A stretch of 64,000 bases of DNA, taken from contig CAWEQH010000004.1 in assembly GCA_963811165.1 (NCBI GenBank), positions 480,001-544,000 of the forward strand, read 5' to 3'. The notes beneath the pieces were generated by a model. That model was given only the letters and a program-made list of their open reading frames with translations. It did no database searches and was not told where the DNA came from. Origin of the DNA: an uncultured Nitrospiraceae bacterium. Its GTDB lineage: Bacteria > Nitrospirota > Thermodesulfovibrionia > Thermodesulfovibrionales > UBA6898. Shown in pieces: positions 20,711 to 30,856 of this stretch. Position 1 is the first letter of the stretch. Each line of letters starts with the position of its first letter. The position numbers and the translations under genes were made by a program.

Positions 20711-20764
20711 AATGTTAGCGCTTACTTACATTTTACTTTATTCCAACGGCCGGATTTTTGTCAA
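20711..20764 (-). promoter_or_regulatory. Efflux operon promoter with operator-like palindrome
   Basis: TTGACA-N18-TAAAGT followed by the near-palindrome TAAGTAAGCGCTAACATT. Confidence 0.5.
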
Positions 20765-20827
20765 TACAGAAAGTGCCGGGGCGCGTACTCCATTCTGTTA
20801 TTGGCGAGGAGGGACAGAGGCAAATAG

Positions 20828-20855
20828 GCAGGGGCACCTTTGAACGTGCCCTTAC
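20828..20855 (-). repeat. GTAG/GTAA-type REP-like palindrome
   Basis: GTAAGGGCACGTTCAAAGGTGCCCCTGC, similar to 63445-63474. Confidence 0.6.
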
Positions 20856-20878
20856 GGGTATGGAATGGTTGCGACCTG

Positions 20879-21271
20879 CTATTTTTTCATCCAGCGCTCC
20901 AGGACATTTTTTATGTCTTCGCTGAACTGGTCGATGTCGAAGGCCTTATGGATAAAGCTGTCGGCGCCGGAGGCATAGGCTTCTTTCATGTCCGATTCAA
21001 GGGCTGAAGAGGTGACCACAATTACAGGGATGTCTTTCAGTTTCTCGTCCGCCCGGATTTCCCGAAGCGTATCGAATCCGCTCATGCCGGGCATTTTCAA
21101 GTCCAGAAATATCAACCCCGGCAATTCCTTCCCGTCCTTGAGAAACTCCAGTCCGGCGTGGCCGCTCAAGACGGCCTCAGCCCTTGTCTGCGGGCTGATT
21201 TTTGAAAGGATCCTTTTTGTTATCAGGATATCATCCTGGCTGTCGTCGATGATAAGCACCTTTTGTCCCAT
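20879..21271 (-). CDS. Single-domain response regulator (Rcp1-like)
   Basis: LIIDDS, IFLDLKMP, IPVIVVTSS...D...AY..GA.SFI.K motifs. Confidence 0.92.
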   Translation of the reverse strand: MGQKVLIIDDSQDDILITKRILSKISPQTRAEAVLSGHAGLEFLKDGKELPGLIFLDLKMPGMSGFDTLREIRADEKLKDIPVIVVTSSALESDMKEAYASGADSFIHKAFDIDQFSEDIKNVLERWMKK

Positions 21272-21350
21272 AATAATCTCTTTTTCTAAGTGTATCATCA
21301 TTACGCCGGGTTGCAACAAAATAATCCAAAACCATACATCGCACCCTTGA

Positions 21351-24300
21351 TTACGCTACGGTAAAATACACCGTTGCCCCTTTCCCGGACTGCCCTTCGG
21401 CCCATACCCTGCCGCCGTGGCTGTGGATGATGCGTTCGACAATGGTCAGGCCGATCCCGGTGCCGGGGAACTCCTTGTCGGAGTGAAGGCGGTGAAAAGG
21501 CCAGAACATCTTATCCGCATATTTCGGGTCGAAACCCGAGCCGTTGTCCCTGACATAATACACGGTCCTTCCGTCTTGCTCCAGGGCCCCCAATTCAATG
21601 ACGGCCTTCTCTGTCTTTGACGTAAACTTCCATGCGTTTCCGAGAAGGTTCGAAAGGACGATCTCGATAAGCCGGTGGTCTGCAAAGGCAGTAAGACCCT
21701 CCATGATGCGGACGTCCGCACTTCTTCCCGGACTGGCCTCGCGCAGGTCCCAGGCTATGGTAGAGGCCATTTTGCTCATATCGACCTTGTTCCGCCGGAC
21801 CTCCTGCCGGGAGATCTTCGCAAGATAAAGCAGGTCCTCGATGAGCCGGCTCATCTTTTCCGCGCCGTTATGGATGCGGGCCAGATAGTCCTGCCCCTGC
21901 ATGTCAAGCAGTCTGGCGTAATCCTCCACCAAAATCTTGACGAAGCCCGCTATAGACCGAAGCGGAGCGCGCAGGTCGTGTGAGATCGAGTAGATGAAGG
22001 ATTCGAGCTCTTTGTTCACCGCCTCAAGCTCGACGTTTCGCGCAGCCATGTCTTCGCCCAGTTTAAGGACATTCGTTTCGTATTTTTTGCGCTCGGTGAT
22101 GTCGTCGAATATCGCCACAAAGTGTTCCCGTGCAGGACTATAGACCGATATGGAGAGCCATAACTCAAGAGGTTTGAATTCTATTTCGAATTTCTCCGGC
22201 CGGCCTGTCAGAGCGACCCGTCCGTAAATTTCAAACAACTCAGGGTGGGCTGTTCTGATACCCGGTATGACCTCAGTAACTCTCTTGCCGGCGACGTTTT
22301 CGATGCCGGTCAACTTTCCGAATGCGCCGTTGACATCGAGATAGATGAAATCCGATGGGCGGCCGCTTTCATCATAAAGCATCTTACAGTGCGCAAACCC
22401 CTGCAGCATATTTTCAAAAAGCGAGCGGTACCGTTCCTCGCTCTCCCGCAAGGCCTCCTCGGCCTGTTTGCGTTCGGTGATGTCGGTATTTGTGCCGAAC
22501 CACCGGAAGACCCGTCCTGCCGAATCCTTCAAAGGCAGCACGCGCGTCAGGAAGGGCCGGAATATTCCGTCGGCTCCGCGCAGCGGGAATTCCATGTCAA
22601 AGGGCTCGCCGGTGGCGATGGATGTTTTCCAATTTTCCAGGACTTTCGGCAGCACCCGGGGATCGTGAACTGATTGCCAGCCCCATCCTTCCATCTGTTC
22701 GGCAGTGGTGCCGGTGTACTCATACCAGCGTTGGTTGTACCACGTTATGTATCCGTCGCCGTTTGCCCACCATGCAAGGTTGGGGATGGAATCGGCGAGG
22801 GCCCGGAACTGTTCTTCGCTTGCCAGCAGCGCCTTCTCGGCCCGCTTACGCTCCGTGATATCGTGCGCAATTTTTGATGCGCCTATCACCTTCCCTTTTG
22901 CATCTTTGATGGCGGAGAAGGTCAGGGAAACGGGAACAATCGTTCCATCTTTCCGCATGCGCACGGTTTCGAAGTTCTCGATATGCTCTCCTTTTTTGAT
23001 CCTTTCGAGAATTTCGGGCACCTCATCGGTATGCCCGGGCGGTATAAGGAGTGAAATGGGTTTGCCTATTACTTCCTCGGCCTTATATCCGAAGATATTC
23101 TCCGCTCCCGCATTCCACGTTTGAATAATACCGTCCAGGTCCTTACCGACGATCGCATCTTCGGCGCTCTCCACGATCGCCGCAAGACGACCCCTTATCT
23201 CCTCAGCCTTTTTTATCTCGGTGATGTCAAACGCGTAAATGCGCGCCACATTGAATTGGGGGCTAAGGTAGATGCTCTCTGCGAAGACCCTGTCCCTTAC
23301 GATGACCTCACGATAGAGAGACTGCTCGGTTTCCCTTTCCCAATCTTTTAAAATGTCGTCCAAGTCCGGCGGCAGAAGAACGTCGACGTCCCCTTTGTCC
23401 ATTCCGAGGCCTTCCAGTATCCTTTCCGTGGCCGGATTACAGAATTTTATGGTGCCGGAGGAATCCACTTCGCAAACAGGGTTTGGGTTCAGCTGCGGGA
23501 AAGAGGCGAGATGTTTTGTTCTCTCTTCAACCCTCTTGAGCTCCGTTACGTCGCTGTAAGTGATCACCACGCCCTCGATGCGGTTGTCCGAAGTCCTGTA
23601 GGGAAGCGCGGTCCGGACATACCAAGCAGTGCTTATCAGGAGCTCCTTCCTTATCGGCATGAGGCTGTCCAGGACTGCCTGTGCGTCGGCGATCAATTCG
23701 GGACCGAGGTTCTCCTGCGACATGTCAATGATCGGCCGGCCCACGTCCGAAGGGATCAGCTTGATGAGTCTCGACATCGCCGGTGTGAACCGCTTCACCC
23801 TGAACTGGTGATCGAGAAAGATCGTGGGGATGTTGGTGCTTGCGAGGAAGTTGTTGAGGTCGTTGTTCGTCTCTTCCTGCTCCTCGACTTTCGACTGAAG
23901 CTGCGCGTTCACCGTGATCAGCTCTTCGTTTAACGACTGGAGCTCTTCCCTTGAGGTCTCGAGCTCTTCGTTGGCAGCCTGGAGTTCCTCGTTCGATGAC
24001 TGGAGCTCTTCGTTGAGGCTCTTGAGTTGCTCTATATTGGTCTGAAGCTCAGCCCGTGTTGCGGCGAGCTCGCTTTCAAGCTGACGGACAGCGGTTTCAT
24101 CAACGCAGGCGACCTCTGCGGTAACTGCGTCAGCCCGCTCTGGGATACCGCCTTTTTCACGGAATACTACGAGAAAGAGGTTTTCTCTTAGTTTCGAGAT
24201 GCGCAGGGTGATCCGCCTTTTTTTTTCATCGTCGCCGCTGATACTTGTCCGGATCGAAACAGGCCTCGACTCCTGAGTTGTCCGATAGACCGCCCCCCTT

Positions 24301-25994
24301 ACCCTGTTTCGCAGACCTTCGGGAAGAAGCTCAAGGAGGTTATGTGTGGGGGCGCCCCGCGGTTGAAGGAAGTATCTGTTTGTGGGACCGTTATGGTAGA
24401 GGATATCGTAGTTCTGATCCATTGCGACCGCAGCAGGCGCAAACTCCCCTAGCAGAGTCTCTTGGGCAATCTCTATGGCGGACACCTTCTGCCCTGCAGG
24501 CGGCGTCTGCCTTGGAACCGCTGCGGCCTTTTCCGAGGCATAGGGGACGGTGAGGGACAGCCTCGAGGGCGGCGTGGTTTCGATCTTCTGGTATATCCGG
24601 CATTTCTTGTGGCTTAGGGACCGAAAGAGCGCCTTGTTTTTGCCGACCGACTCGGCGTTCCCCAGGAAGAGATATCCTCCTTCCTTAAGGGCATAATGAA
24701 AGAGCGCCAGGCATTTTTCCTGCGCCACAGGCTCGAGGTATATCAGCAGGTTGCGGCAGATGACAAGGTCGAGTTTCGAAAACGGAGGATCAGTAAGAAG
24801 GTCCTGTTTGGCAAATACGACTGATTCCCGTATCTGTTTGCTGATCGTTACGGAAAGGCCGTCTTCTAAGCAGGTAAAGAATCTCTTCATATACTCAGGC
24901 GGCACGTCGGCGGCTATACTGCCGGGATATTTTCCCTCCCTCGCCTTTTCAAGGGCCTGGTCGTTTACGTCCGTGGCAAAGACCTGTATCTCCCGTTTTC
25001 TGCCGGCCAGGTCGAATTCCTGCTGAAGCATCATTGCTATGGAATATGCCTCCTCCCCTGTTGCACAGGCAGGGGCCCAGGCACGGACCGGCGAGTCTTC
25101 TTCCCGCGCGGTCAGCTTCCTCACCGCACCTATTCTAAGGGCCTTCCATGCCAACGGGTCCCGGAAGAAGGAGGTAACCCCGATCATCAGATCGGATGCG
25201 AGTGAGACAGCCTCGGACTCCTTGGCAGTCAGAATCTGCAGGTAATCACCGACAGAAGAAACGCCGCGAAGGAACATCCTCCTTCTGATCCTCCGGCTGA
25301 CAACGCTCTTTTTATAGTCTTCGAAGCGATGCCCGGTCTTTTCCTTAATTACTTTGTAAAATTGCTGAAACTCCCCCGGCGAGACGACATCTTCGGCTGG
25401 GGTGGCTGAAGTCTCCGTGTCGTAGATCTTTACTATCTCCCGGGCGATGTCCTCCGGAGGAAGCACTCCATCAGCCTGGCCGGTTGCGATGGCGGCAGCA
25501 GGCATTGCAGGAAACTCGGCTGTCTCCGGGTCCTGAACAAAAACCGTCCCGCCGGCGTTTCTGATCGCCTGCACCCCGCGTGCCCCGTCGGTCCCCGCGC
25601 CGGAGAATATGACGCCGATGACGCGCTCCCCTGCCTCTTCGGCGAGCGAGGAAAAAAACTCATCTATAGGCAGATGAAAATGTTCTTTAGAGGGGACCGA
25701 TACCCGGAAGATCGATTTCATGATCCTGATCTCATTTCCGGGCGGGCAGAGATAGAGTTTCCCGGGAAGGACTTCCATCCCATCGGATATCTCGTTGATG
25801 TCCAGGCCCGGCCTTCGGTTGCGAAGCAGTTCGGGCAGGAGGCTCTTATGTTTCGGTGAAAGGTGCTGCATAAAGACGGCTGCAAAGCCGAATTTCCTCG
25901 GCAATATACTGAGGAAACACTGCAGGGAGTTAAGGCCCCCTGCAGAAGCCCCTATGCATACGATAGGGAAAGAAGCGAAAGGACCCTCACCCAT
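21351..25994 (-). CDS. CheB methylesterase-CheR methyltransferase-PAS-histidine kinase fusion
   Basis: GASAGG, QHL and GAGTDG (CheB). VTSFFRD, CATGEEAYS and CRNLLIY (CheR). NEELQS coiled coil, several PAS domains, SHDLRAPLR and GTGIGL. Start may be 26036. Confidence 0.95.
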   Translation of the reverse strand: MGEGPFASFPIVCIGASAGGLNSLQCFLSILPRKFGFAAVFMQHLSPKHKSLLPELLRNRRPGLDINEISDGMEVLPGKLYLCPPGNEIRIMKSIFRVSVPSKEHFHLPIDEFFSSLAEEAGERVIGVIFSGAGTDGARGVQAIRNAGGTVFVQDPETAEFPAMPAAAIATGQADGVLPPEDIAREIVKIYDTETSATPAEDVVSPGEFQQFYKVIKEKTGHRFEDYKKSVVSRRIRRRMFLRGVSSVGDYLQILTAKESEAVSLASDLMIGVTSFFRDPLAWKALRIGAVRKLTAREEDSPVRAWAPACATGEEAYSIAMMLQQEFDLAGRKREIQVFATDVNDQALEKAREGKYPGSIAADVPPEYMKRFFTCLEDGLSVTISKQIRESVVFAKQDLLTDPPFSKLDLVICRNLLIYLEPVAQEKCLALFHYALKEGGYLFLGNAESVGKNKALFRSLSHKKCRIYQKIETTPPSRLSLTVPYASEKAAAVPRQTPPAGQKVSAIEIAQETLLGEFAPAAVAMDQNYDILYHNGPTNRYFLQPRGAPTHNLLELLPEGLRNRVRGAVYRTTQESRPVSIRTSISGDDEKKRRITLRISKLRENLFLVVFREKGGIPERADAVTAEVACVDETAVRQLESELAATRAELQTNIEQLKSLNEELQSSNEELQAANEELETSREELQSLNEELITVNAQLQSKVEEQEETNNDLNNFLASTNIPTIFLDHQFRVKRFTPAMSRLIKLIPSDVGRPIIDMSQENLGPELIADAQAVLDSLMPIRKELLISTAWYVRTALPYRTSDNRIEGVVITYSDVTELKRVEERTKHLASFPQLNPNPVCEVDSSGTIKFCNPATERILEGLGMDKGDVDVLLPPDLDDILKDWERETEQSLYREVIVRDRVFAESIYLSPQFNVARIYAFDITEIKKAEEIRGRLAAIVESAEDAIVGKDLDGIIQTWNAGAENIFGYKAEEVIGKPISLLIPPGHTDEVPEILERIKKGEHIENFETVRMRKDGTIVPVSLTFSAIKDAKGKVIGASKIAHDITERKRAEKALLASEEQFRALADSIPNLAWWANGDGYITWYNQRWYEYTGTTAEQMEGWGWQSVHDPRVLPKVLENWKTSIATGEPFDMEFPLRGADGIFRPFLTRVLPLKDSAGRVFRWFGTNTDITERKQAEEALRESEERYRSLFENMLQGFAHCKMLYDESGRPSDFIYLDVNGAFGKLTGIENVAGKRVTEVIPGIRTAHPELFEIYGRVALTGRPEKFEIEFKPLELWLSISVYSPAREHFVAIFDDITERKKYETNVLKLGEDMAARNVELEAVNKELESFIYSISHDLRAPLRSIAGFVKILVEDYARLLDMQGQDYLARIHNGAEKMSRLIEDLLYLAKISRQEVRRNKVDMSKMASTIAWDLREASPGRSADVRIMEGLTAFADHRLIEIVLSNLLGNAWKFTSKTEKAVIELGALEQDGRTVYYVRDNGSGFDPKYADKMFWPFHRLHSDKEFPGTGIGLTIVERIIHSHGGRVWAEGQSGKGATVYFTVA

Positions 25995-26217
25995 CGTTAT
26001 ATCCGGTCCCGCCCTGCATCCAAACGCGGTTGGCAATGAGCCGTAAAAGAAGCATAGGACTTATTTTATCATAGCCAATAAGTACTGTCACCAAGTTTGG
26101 ATTCCCGATGGATTAAGGGCCACAAGTGCGACGACACAGGGAGGAGTTATGCAATTTGATTTATTATTTACTCATTTGTAACTCTGGAAGAAAAAGATGC
26201 GAAAGCCCGAAGGTTCT

Positions 26218-27123
26218 TTAGTGGTGATGCGCGGGCTGGGAGTGGGTTATCTGGCAATAGGTGCCGTTTGTCTCGCATTCTGCGCATTCCATCTGGATTA
26301 CGGAATGCTTTATTCCGAGGTGCAGGAGCTCATGCTCGATCTCCTTTCTGACGGCGTCGGCCTCGCTGATCCTTTGGTCGCTGACCTGCACGTGGGCCGA
26401 AAAGGCAGGTATCCCGTGTCCTATCGACCAAACATGGACATCGTGCACGCAGACAACACCGGGTATGCCGGATATAAGCGAGGACATCTCTTCAGCGTGA
26501 AAGCCGACCGGGCTCAGTTCGAGAAATATCCATAGCGACTCTTTTATCACGCGGCCCCCTCCTATGATTATCATCACCCCGACGACTCCGCTGGCGATGG
26601 GGTCGGCCATTGTCCACCCGGTGAACTTTATGATGATGCCCGCGATGATGACCCCTGCCGAGGAGACGGTGTCCCCGAGCACGTGAAGCCATGCGCTTTG
26701 GATGTTGAGGTCCTTATGCCCCCTGCTTAGGATAAAGGCCATGCCGAGGTTCCCGACAAAACCCGCTGCGGCGACGACCAGCATCAGGGACGAGTTTATT
26801 TCAGGCGGAGCGTGCAGACGTTTATATGTCTCCACAAAAATGAAGACCGCTATTACCACGAGGGACACGCCGTTTAACAACGCCGCCAGAAGGCCTATCC
26901 TTTGGTAACCGTATGTCGCGCGGTAATCTGAAGGCCGTTTCATGATAAGCGCTGCGATAAGACTTAGGCCAAGGGCAAAGGCGTCCGTAAGCACATGCCC
27001 GGCGTCGCTCAAAAGTGCGAGGCTGTTGCTTAAAATCCCGCCTATCACTTCTGCGGCCAGGATAACGAGAGTAATCGCAAGGCTCCAGAGAAGTCTTTTT
27101 TCGGAGCTCTTATCGTTCTTCAT
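26218..27123 (-). CDS. Cation diffusion facilitator (CzcD/ZitB-like)
   Basis: SLALLSDAGH..TD, TYGY.R, HVLGD and VHDVHVW motifs. Confidence 0.95.
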   Translation of the reverse strand: MKNDKSSEKRLLWSLAITLVILAAEVIGGILSNSLALLSDAGHVLTDAFALGLSLIAALIMKRPSDYRATYGYQRIGLLAALLNGVSLVVIAVFIFVETYKRLHAPPEINSSLMLVVAAAGFVGNLGMAFILSRGHKDLNIQSAWLHVLGDTVSSAGVIIAGIIIKFTGWTMADPIASGVVGVMIIIGGGRVIKESLWIFLELSPVGFHAEEMSSLISGIPGVVCVHDVHVWSIGHGIPAFSAHVQVSDQRISEADAVRKEIEHELLHLGIKHSVIQMECAECETNGTYCQITHSQPAHHH

Positions 27124-27174
27124 AACTTATTATAGAACACGGTCACAAAGATGGTTTTCAAAAGTTTCATCGTT

Positions 27175-27309
27175 TGTCATTCCGGCAATCCCGAATGCTT
27201 TCGGGAGGACTGGAATCCAACCCCCTTCGCTCCCCCCTTCTCAGGGGGGAAGATGCTGACTCCTCCCTTGAGAAGGGGAGGCAGGGAGGGGTTTTCAGCC
27301 GGAATGACA
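27175..27309. repeat. Nested palindromic REP/MITE-like element
   Basis: Terminal IR TGTCATTCCGGC...GCCGGAATGACA encloses TCCCGAA/TTCGGGA and a long CCCCCTT..AAGGGG imperfect hairpin. Confidence 0.75.
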
Positions 27310-27368
27310 GAACATGTGAAAATTTCGCTTATTTCTGCTTACAAAAGACCTCGCCATCACTCCGCCGT

Positions 27369-28220
27369 CTATCTGATAAGGACGTAATCGGCGTCTCCCG
27401 CAGTCACGTCCTCTTTCTTTATCCTGTCCTGAGCCGAGGGCAATATCACCTTAAACGATGTGTTTGGTTCAGTTCGTCTAACCTGCTCCGGCATGCCCCT
27501 CTTCCAGGAATGACCGCTCCCTGCAAGAACGACCATTTTCCTCCCCGGGTTTTTCTTCATGTATTTGATAAGGTGCCATGCCATTGCCTTGTCCCATAAC
27601 ATCTGGGCCTCGCAGAAGAAGACAAAACGCTCCTTTTTCATGCCGTGGGCCTCATAAGCGCTCTCGATAAAGTCCATGTAACTTGGGTCTACGTCGCAGC
27701 TTATGTTGGGGGGAAGTTTTGCCAGTTCTCCGCCGCTTAGGGAGTCGAACCCTTTTGCAGCCACCTTCTCTGAGATCTTGTCCGGTATGTTCAGCCCGAC
27801 CATCGGTATCCGTTTTTCTCTGGCGTAGAGGAAGATATCTTTGTAAAAGGGCCAGGGGATAAGCCAATTGTTGTAATACGCCCTGATGAACGTATTTTGA
27901 TCGAGGGTGCCGTCTGTCCAGCCGTCAAGTATGTTCTGGTTTTCCGCCCTGAACATCTCAAGTCCTATGGCGGGTCTGATCCCTTTTTTACGGAGTGCCC
28001 TGATGATGTCCAGTTGGGCCTGATGGTCCCTCAATTTGTCATGCGACTCGCCTATGAAGACGATGTCGGCCGTCTTCAGATCATCGACCATCTCTTCGAA
28101 CTGGATCACTTTTCCGTCACTTGTCCTAAGGACCTTCTGAAACGCGTGCGACCTTCCGGCCCCGCCTGAACATGAGACGAGAAAAATTAACAGGAATGTG
28201 AAAAAACCGTATCTCTTCAT
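27369..28220 (-). CDS. ChaN family lipoprotein (heme/iron-regulated)
   Basis: Lipobox LVSC. VFIGESHD...H..QL, IGLEMF, AQ.LWD..MA and LAG.GH motifs. Confidence 0.9.
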   Translation of the reverse strand: MKRYGFFTFLLIFLVSCSGGAGRSHAFQKVLRTSDGKVIQFEEMVDDLKTADIVFIGESHDKLRDHQAQLDIIRALRKKGIRPAIGLEMFRAENQNILDGWTDGTLDQNTFIRAYYNNWLIPWPFYKDIFLYAREKRIPMVGLNIPDKISEKVAAKGFDSLSGGELAKLPPNISCDVDPSYMDFIESAYEAHGMKKERFVFFCEAQMLWDKAMAWHLIKYMKKNPGRKMVVLAGSGHSWKRGMPEQVRRTEPNTSFKVILPSAQDRIKKEDVTAGDADYVLIR

Positions 28221-28276
28221 ACCCAACTACATGGTACCGTTATTATGACGGGGTTTCAAGTGTACCGGAGGAAGGA

Positions 28277-29601
28277 TGTAGCGAGCCAATAAACTGTCCG
28301 TATCTGTAGCACATAAACTGTCCGGTTAAGATTGGATGGCACGGAGGTGCCATTGATGAAGAGGACAGCACTACTACAGGAGGTACGGAAGATGAGATTT
28401 GAGGAAGCATATGAGGGATGTCAAAGGGGGAGATTGACGCAGGAGGAAGCGGCGAGGCTGCTTGGAGTATGCGACCGGACGTACCGTCGATATCTGGTTC
28501 GATATGAGGAGCAGGGGATGGAGGGACTTATTGATAGGCGTTTAGGACAGATATCGCACCGCAGTGCGCCTGTTGATGAGGTAATGGCCCTGGCAGATTT
28601 ATACAGCCGCAGGTACCAGGGATTGACGGTTAAGCACTTTTACAGTTGGTACAGGCGGGCTCATGAGGGCATGAGGAGCTACACCTGGGTAAAGAATACT
28701 CTTCAGGGCAAGGGACTTGTGCATAAGGATTCGAGAAAGGGAACCCACCGGAGACAGCGTCCAAGAGCTCCGTATATTGGCATGATGCTGCATCAGGACG
28801 GCTCCACACATGAGTGGGTGCCTGGGAAGTTATGGGATCTGATTGTAACAATGGATGATGCCAGCAATGGACATTACTCGATGTTTTTTATCGATGAAGA
28901 AGGAACTCAGAGCAGTTTTCAGGGAGTTAGTGAGGTGATCGTCGAGCATGGAGTATTTGCCTCACTGTACACGGATCGCGGCAGCCACTACTGGAATACC
29001 CCAGAGGCTGGGGGGAAGGTGGATAAGGAGAATCTGACACAATTTGGCCGTGCCATGAGGCAGTTAGGGATAGAGATGATCCCGGCCTATTCCCCTGAGG
29101 CCCGAGGACGCTCTGAACGCGCCTTCCGCACTCATCAGGAGCGCCTTGTAAAGGAACTTGCCATGGCCGGCATCACTGAGATGAAACAGGCCAATGCCTA
29201 TATCCGTGATGTGTATCTTCCCGCCTTTAACGATGAATTTGCCGTATCCGCTGAGGAGCCTGCCAGTATGTTTGTCCCTTGGGCCGGAACACCTCTTCAA
29301 GACATCCTCTGCGAACAATATGAGCGGACGGTCGGCAACAACAACTGTGTCAAATTCGATGCCCTGACCCTTCAGATTCCAGCCGATAAATATCGCTTTC
29401 ACTATGTCAAAGTAAAGGTCCGTGTCCATCGCTATCCAAACGGCAACCTAGCAATATTCCATGGGCACAGAAAATTGATAGCCTTTAATTCCAAGGGGAA
29501 GGAGGTCTCAAAACTAAACAAAAAAGCAGCCTGATATCAACTAGCTACGGACCGGACAGTTTATCTGCTCTAAAACCGGACAACTCTATTTGTTGACAAC
29601 A
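28277..29601 (+). mobile_element. IS1202-family (formerly ISNCY) insertion sequence, 1325 bp, with 17-bp target-site duplication
   Basis: TGT...ACA ends. Subterminal ATAAACTGTCCG at 28289 and 28313, inverted at 29553. GTGTACCGGAGGAAGGA at 28260-28276 and 29602-29618. Confidence 0.9.
28356..29534 (+). CDS. DDE transposase (IS1202/ISNCY type)
   Basis: N-terminal HTH, HQDGS.H.W, TMDDA, LYTDRGSHY and SPEARGRSERAF motifs. RBS GGAGG. Confidence 0.95.
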   Translation: MKRTALLQEVRKMRFEEAYEGCQRGRLTQEEAARLLGVCDRTYRRYLVRYEEQGMEGLIDRRLGQISHRSAPVDEVMALADLYSRRYQGLTVKHFYSWYRRAHEGMRSYTWVKNTLQGKGLVHKDSRKGTHRRQRPRAPYIGMMLHQDGSTHEWVPGKLWDLIVTMDDASNGHYSMFFIDEEGTQSSFQGVSEVIVEHGVFASLYTDRGSHYWNTPEAGGKVDKENLTQFGRAMRQLGIEMIPAYSPEARGRSERAFRTHQERLVKELAMAGITEMKQANAYIRDVYLPAFNDEFAVSAEEPASMFVPWAGTPLQDILCEQYERTVGNNNCVKFDALTLQIPADKYRFHYVKVKVRVHRYPNGNLAIFHGHRKLIAFNSKGKEVSKLNKKAA

Positions 29602-29710
29602 GTGTACCGGAGGAAGGACATGATTCTTCTACGCTTCAATGAGAGGGTATCGTTGTCCAAAGTATTCTCTTTACAAGGGCTTTCAGTATGCCATAGAATT
29701 TTATCATACT

Positions 29711-30820
29711 ATGAATTCATCCTTTTGCGTGATAGGCATAAGCGGTTACTCCGGGTCCGGTAAGACGACCCTTATTGAAAAGGTAGTCCGGAGGCTCAAA
29801 AAAGAGGGCCTTTTCATAGGCCTGCTGAAACATGCTTCACATCACGGCCTTTCTCCCGATGGAGAAGGAAAAGATTCCGAAAGGTTTTACAGGGCCGGCG
29901 CCGACTTCGTATTTGCCCACGACTCTAAGCAGGGGTTTGCGAGATTTCCGCTCAGGGCTGCGGGACTGTCCGATGCATTGGCCCGCTTCCCAAGAGGGCT
30001 CGATGTCGTGCTTGTCGAGGGGCATAAGAACTCCGATATCCCGGGGATATGGATTCTGCCTGGCGGCAAAAGGACCGAAAAACACGAGATTCCCGCGGGA
30101 ATATCCCGAAGGGTCATTTACAGGGATGACCCGAAATATGTCGAAAAGGTCATGGCATACCTGTATCATGAGGTCGGCAGGTTCCACGCAGAGCGTACAC
30201 TGATGGCCGGACTCCTCGTGGGCGGCAGGAGCCGCCGGATGGGGACAGCCAAGGCAATGCTCAAGATCGGGGAAGAGACGCTTCTTGAGAGGTCTTTAAA
30301 GACACTCGGCAAGATTGCCGGAAGGACCCTTTTTCTCGGTTCAGCCGAACTGCCGGGACATCTCTGGGGAGCTGACCGTCTGGCCGATGCGGCCGGGGTG
30401 GAGGGTCCCATGGCGGGCATACTGAGCGCTTTCCGATGGGCGCCCGAAAGCACGTGGATCATATCGGCGGTCGATATGCCGTTTATGGACAGGGAGGCAT
30501 GGGAATGGGTTTTGGGCCAGAGACGTCCCGGTGTATGGGCAGTCCTGCCCTTATTGAAAAGCGGCGCAAAGGCCGAGACGATGGCGGCCTGTTACGAGCC
30601 TATGATCTTTGACGAAGTAGAGGCCCTGGCGAGAAACGGAATACGAACGCTCCAGAAGCTGGCAGCTCACCCTAAGGTGATAACACCCCTTGTCCCTGAA
30701 TCTCTTTCGCATGCATGGAAGAATGTGAATACGTCGAAGGAGTGGAACGAGGCGTGTGCTTTAATGGAAGACATCTCTGCCCTTGCCTGTTTGCATCCGA
30801 AAAAAAATATGATAGATTGA
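29711..30820 (+). CDS. mobB: MobB-MobA fusion (molybdopterin-guanine dinucleotide biosynthesis)
   Basis: N-terminal GYSGSGKTT, KH, GKDS.RF..AGA and VEGHK. C-terminal GGRSRRMG..KA, GPMAG, AVDMPF and NVNT. Confidence 0.85.
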   Translation: MNSSFCVIGISGYSGSGKTTLIEKVVRRLKKEGLFIGLLKHASHHGLSPDGEGKDSERFYRAGADFVFAHDSKQGFARFPLRAAGLSDALARFPRGLDVVLVEGHKNSDIPGIWILPGGKRTEKHEIPAGISRRVIYRDDPKYVEKVMAYLYHEVGRFHAERTLMAGLLVGGRSRRMGTAKAMLKIGEETLLERSLKTLGKIAGRTLFLGSAELPGHLWGADRLADAAGVEGPMAGILSAFRWAPESTWIISAVDMPFMDREAWEWVLGQRRPGVWAVLPLLKSGAKAETMAACYEPMIFDEVEALARNGIRTLQKLAAHPKVITPLVPESLSHAWKNVNTSKEWNEACALMEDISALACLHPKKNMID

Positions 30821-30856
30821 AAATATGATGATCCGCTTTTTTATCGGGAGGCACAC

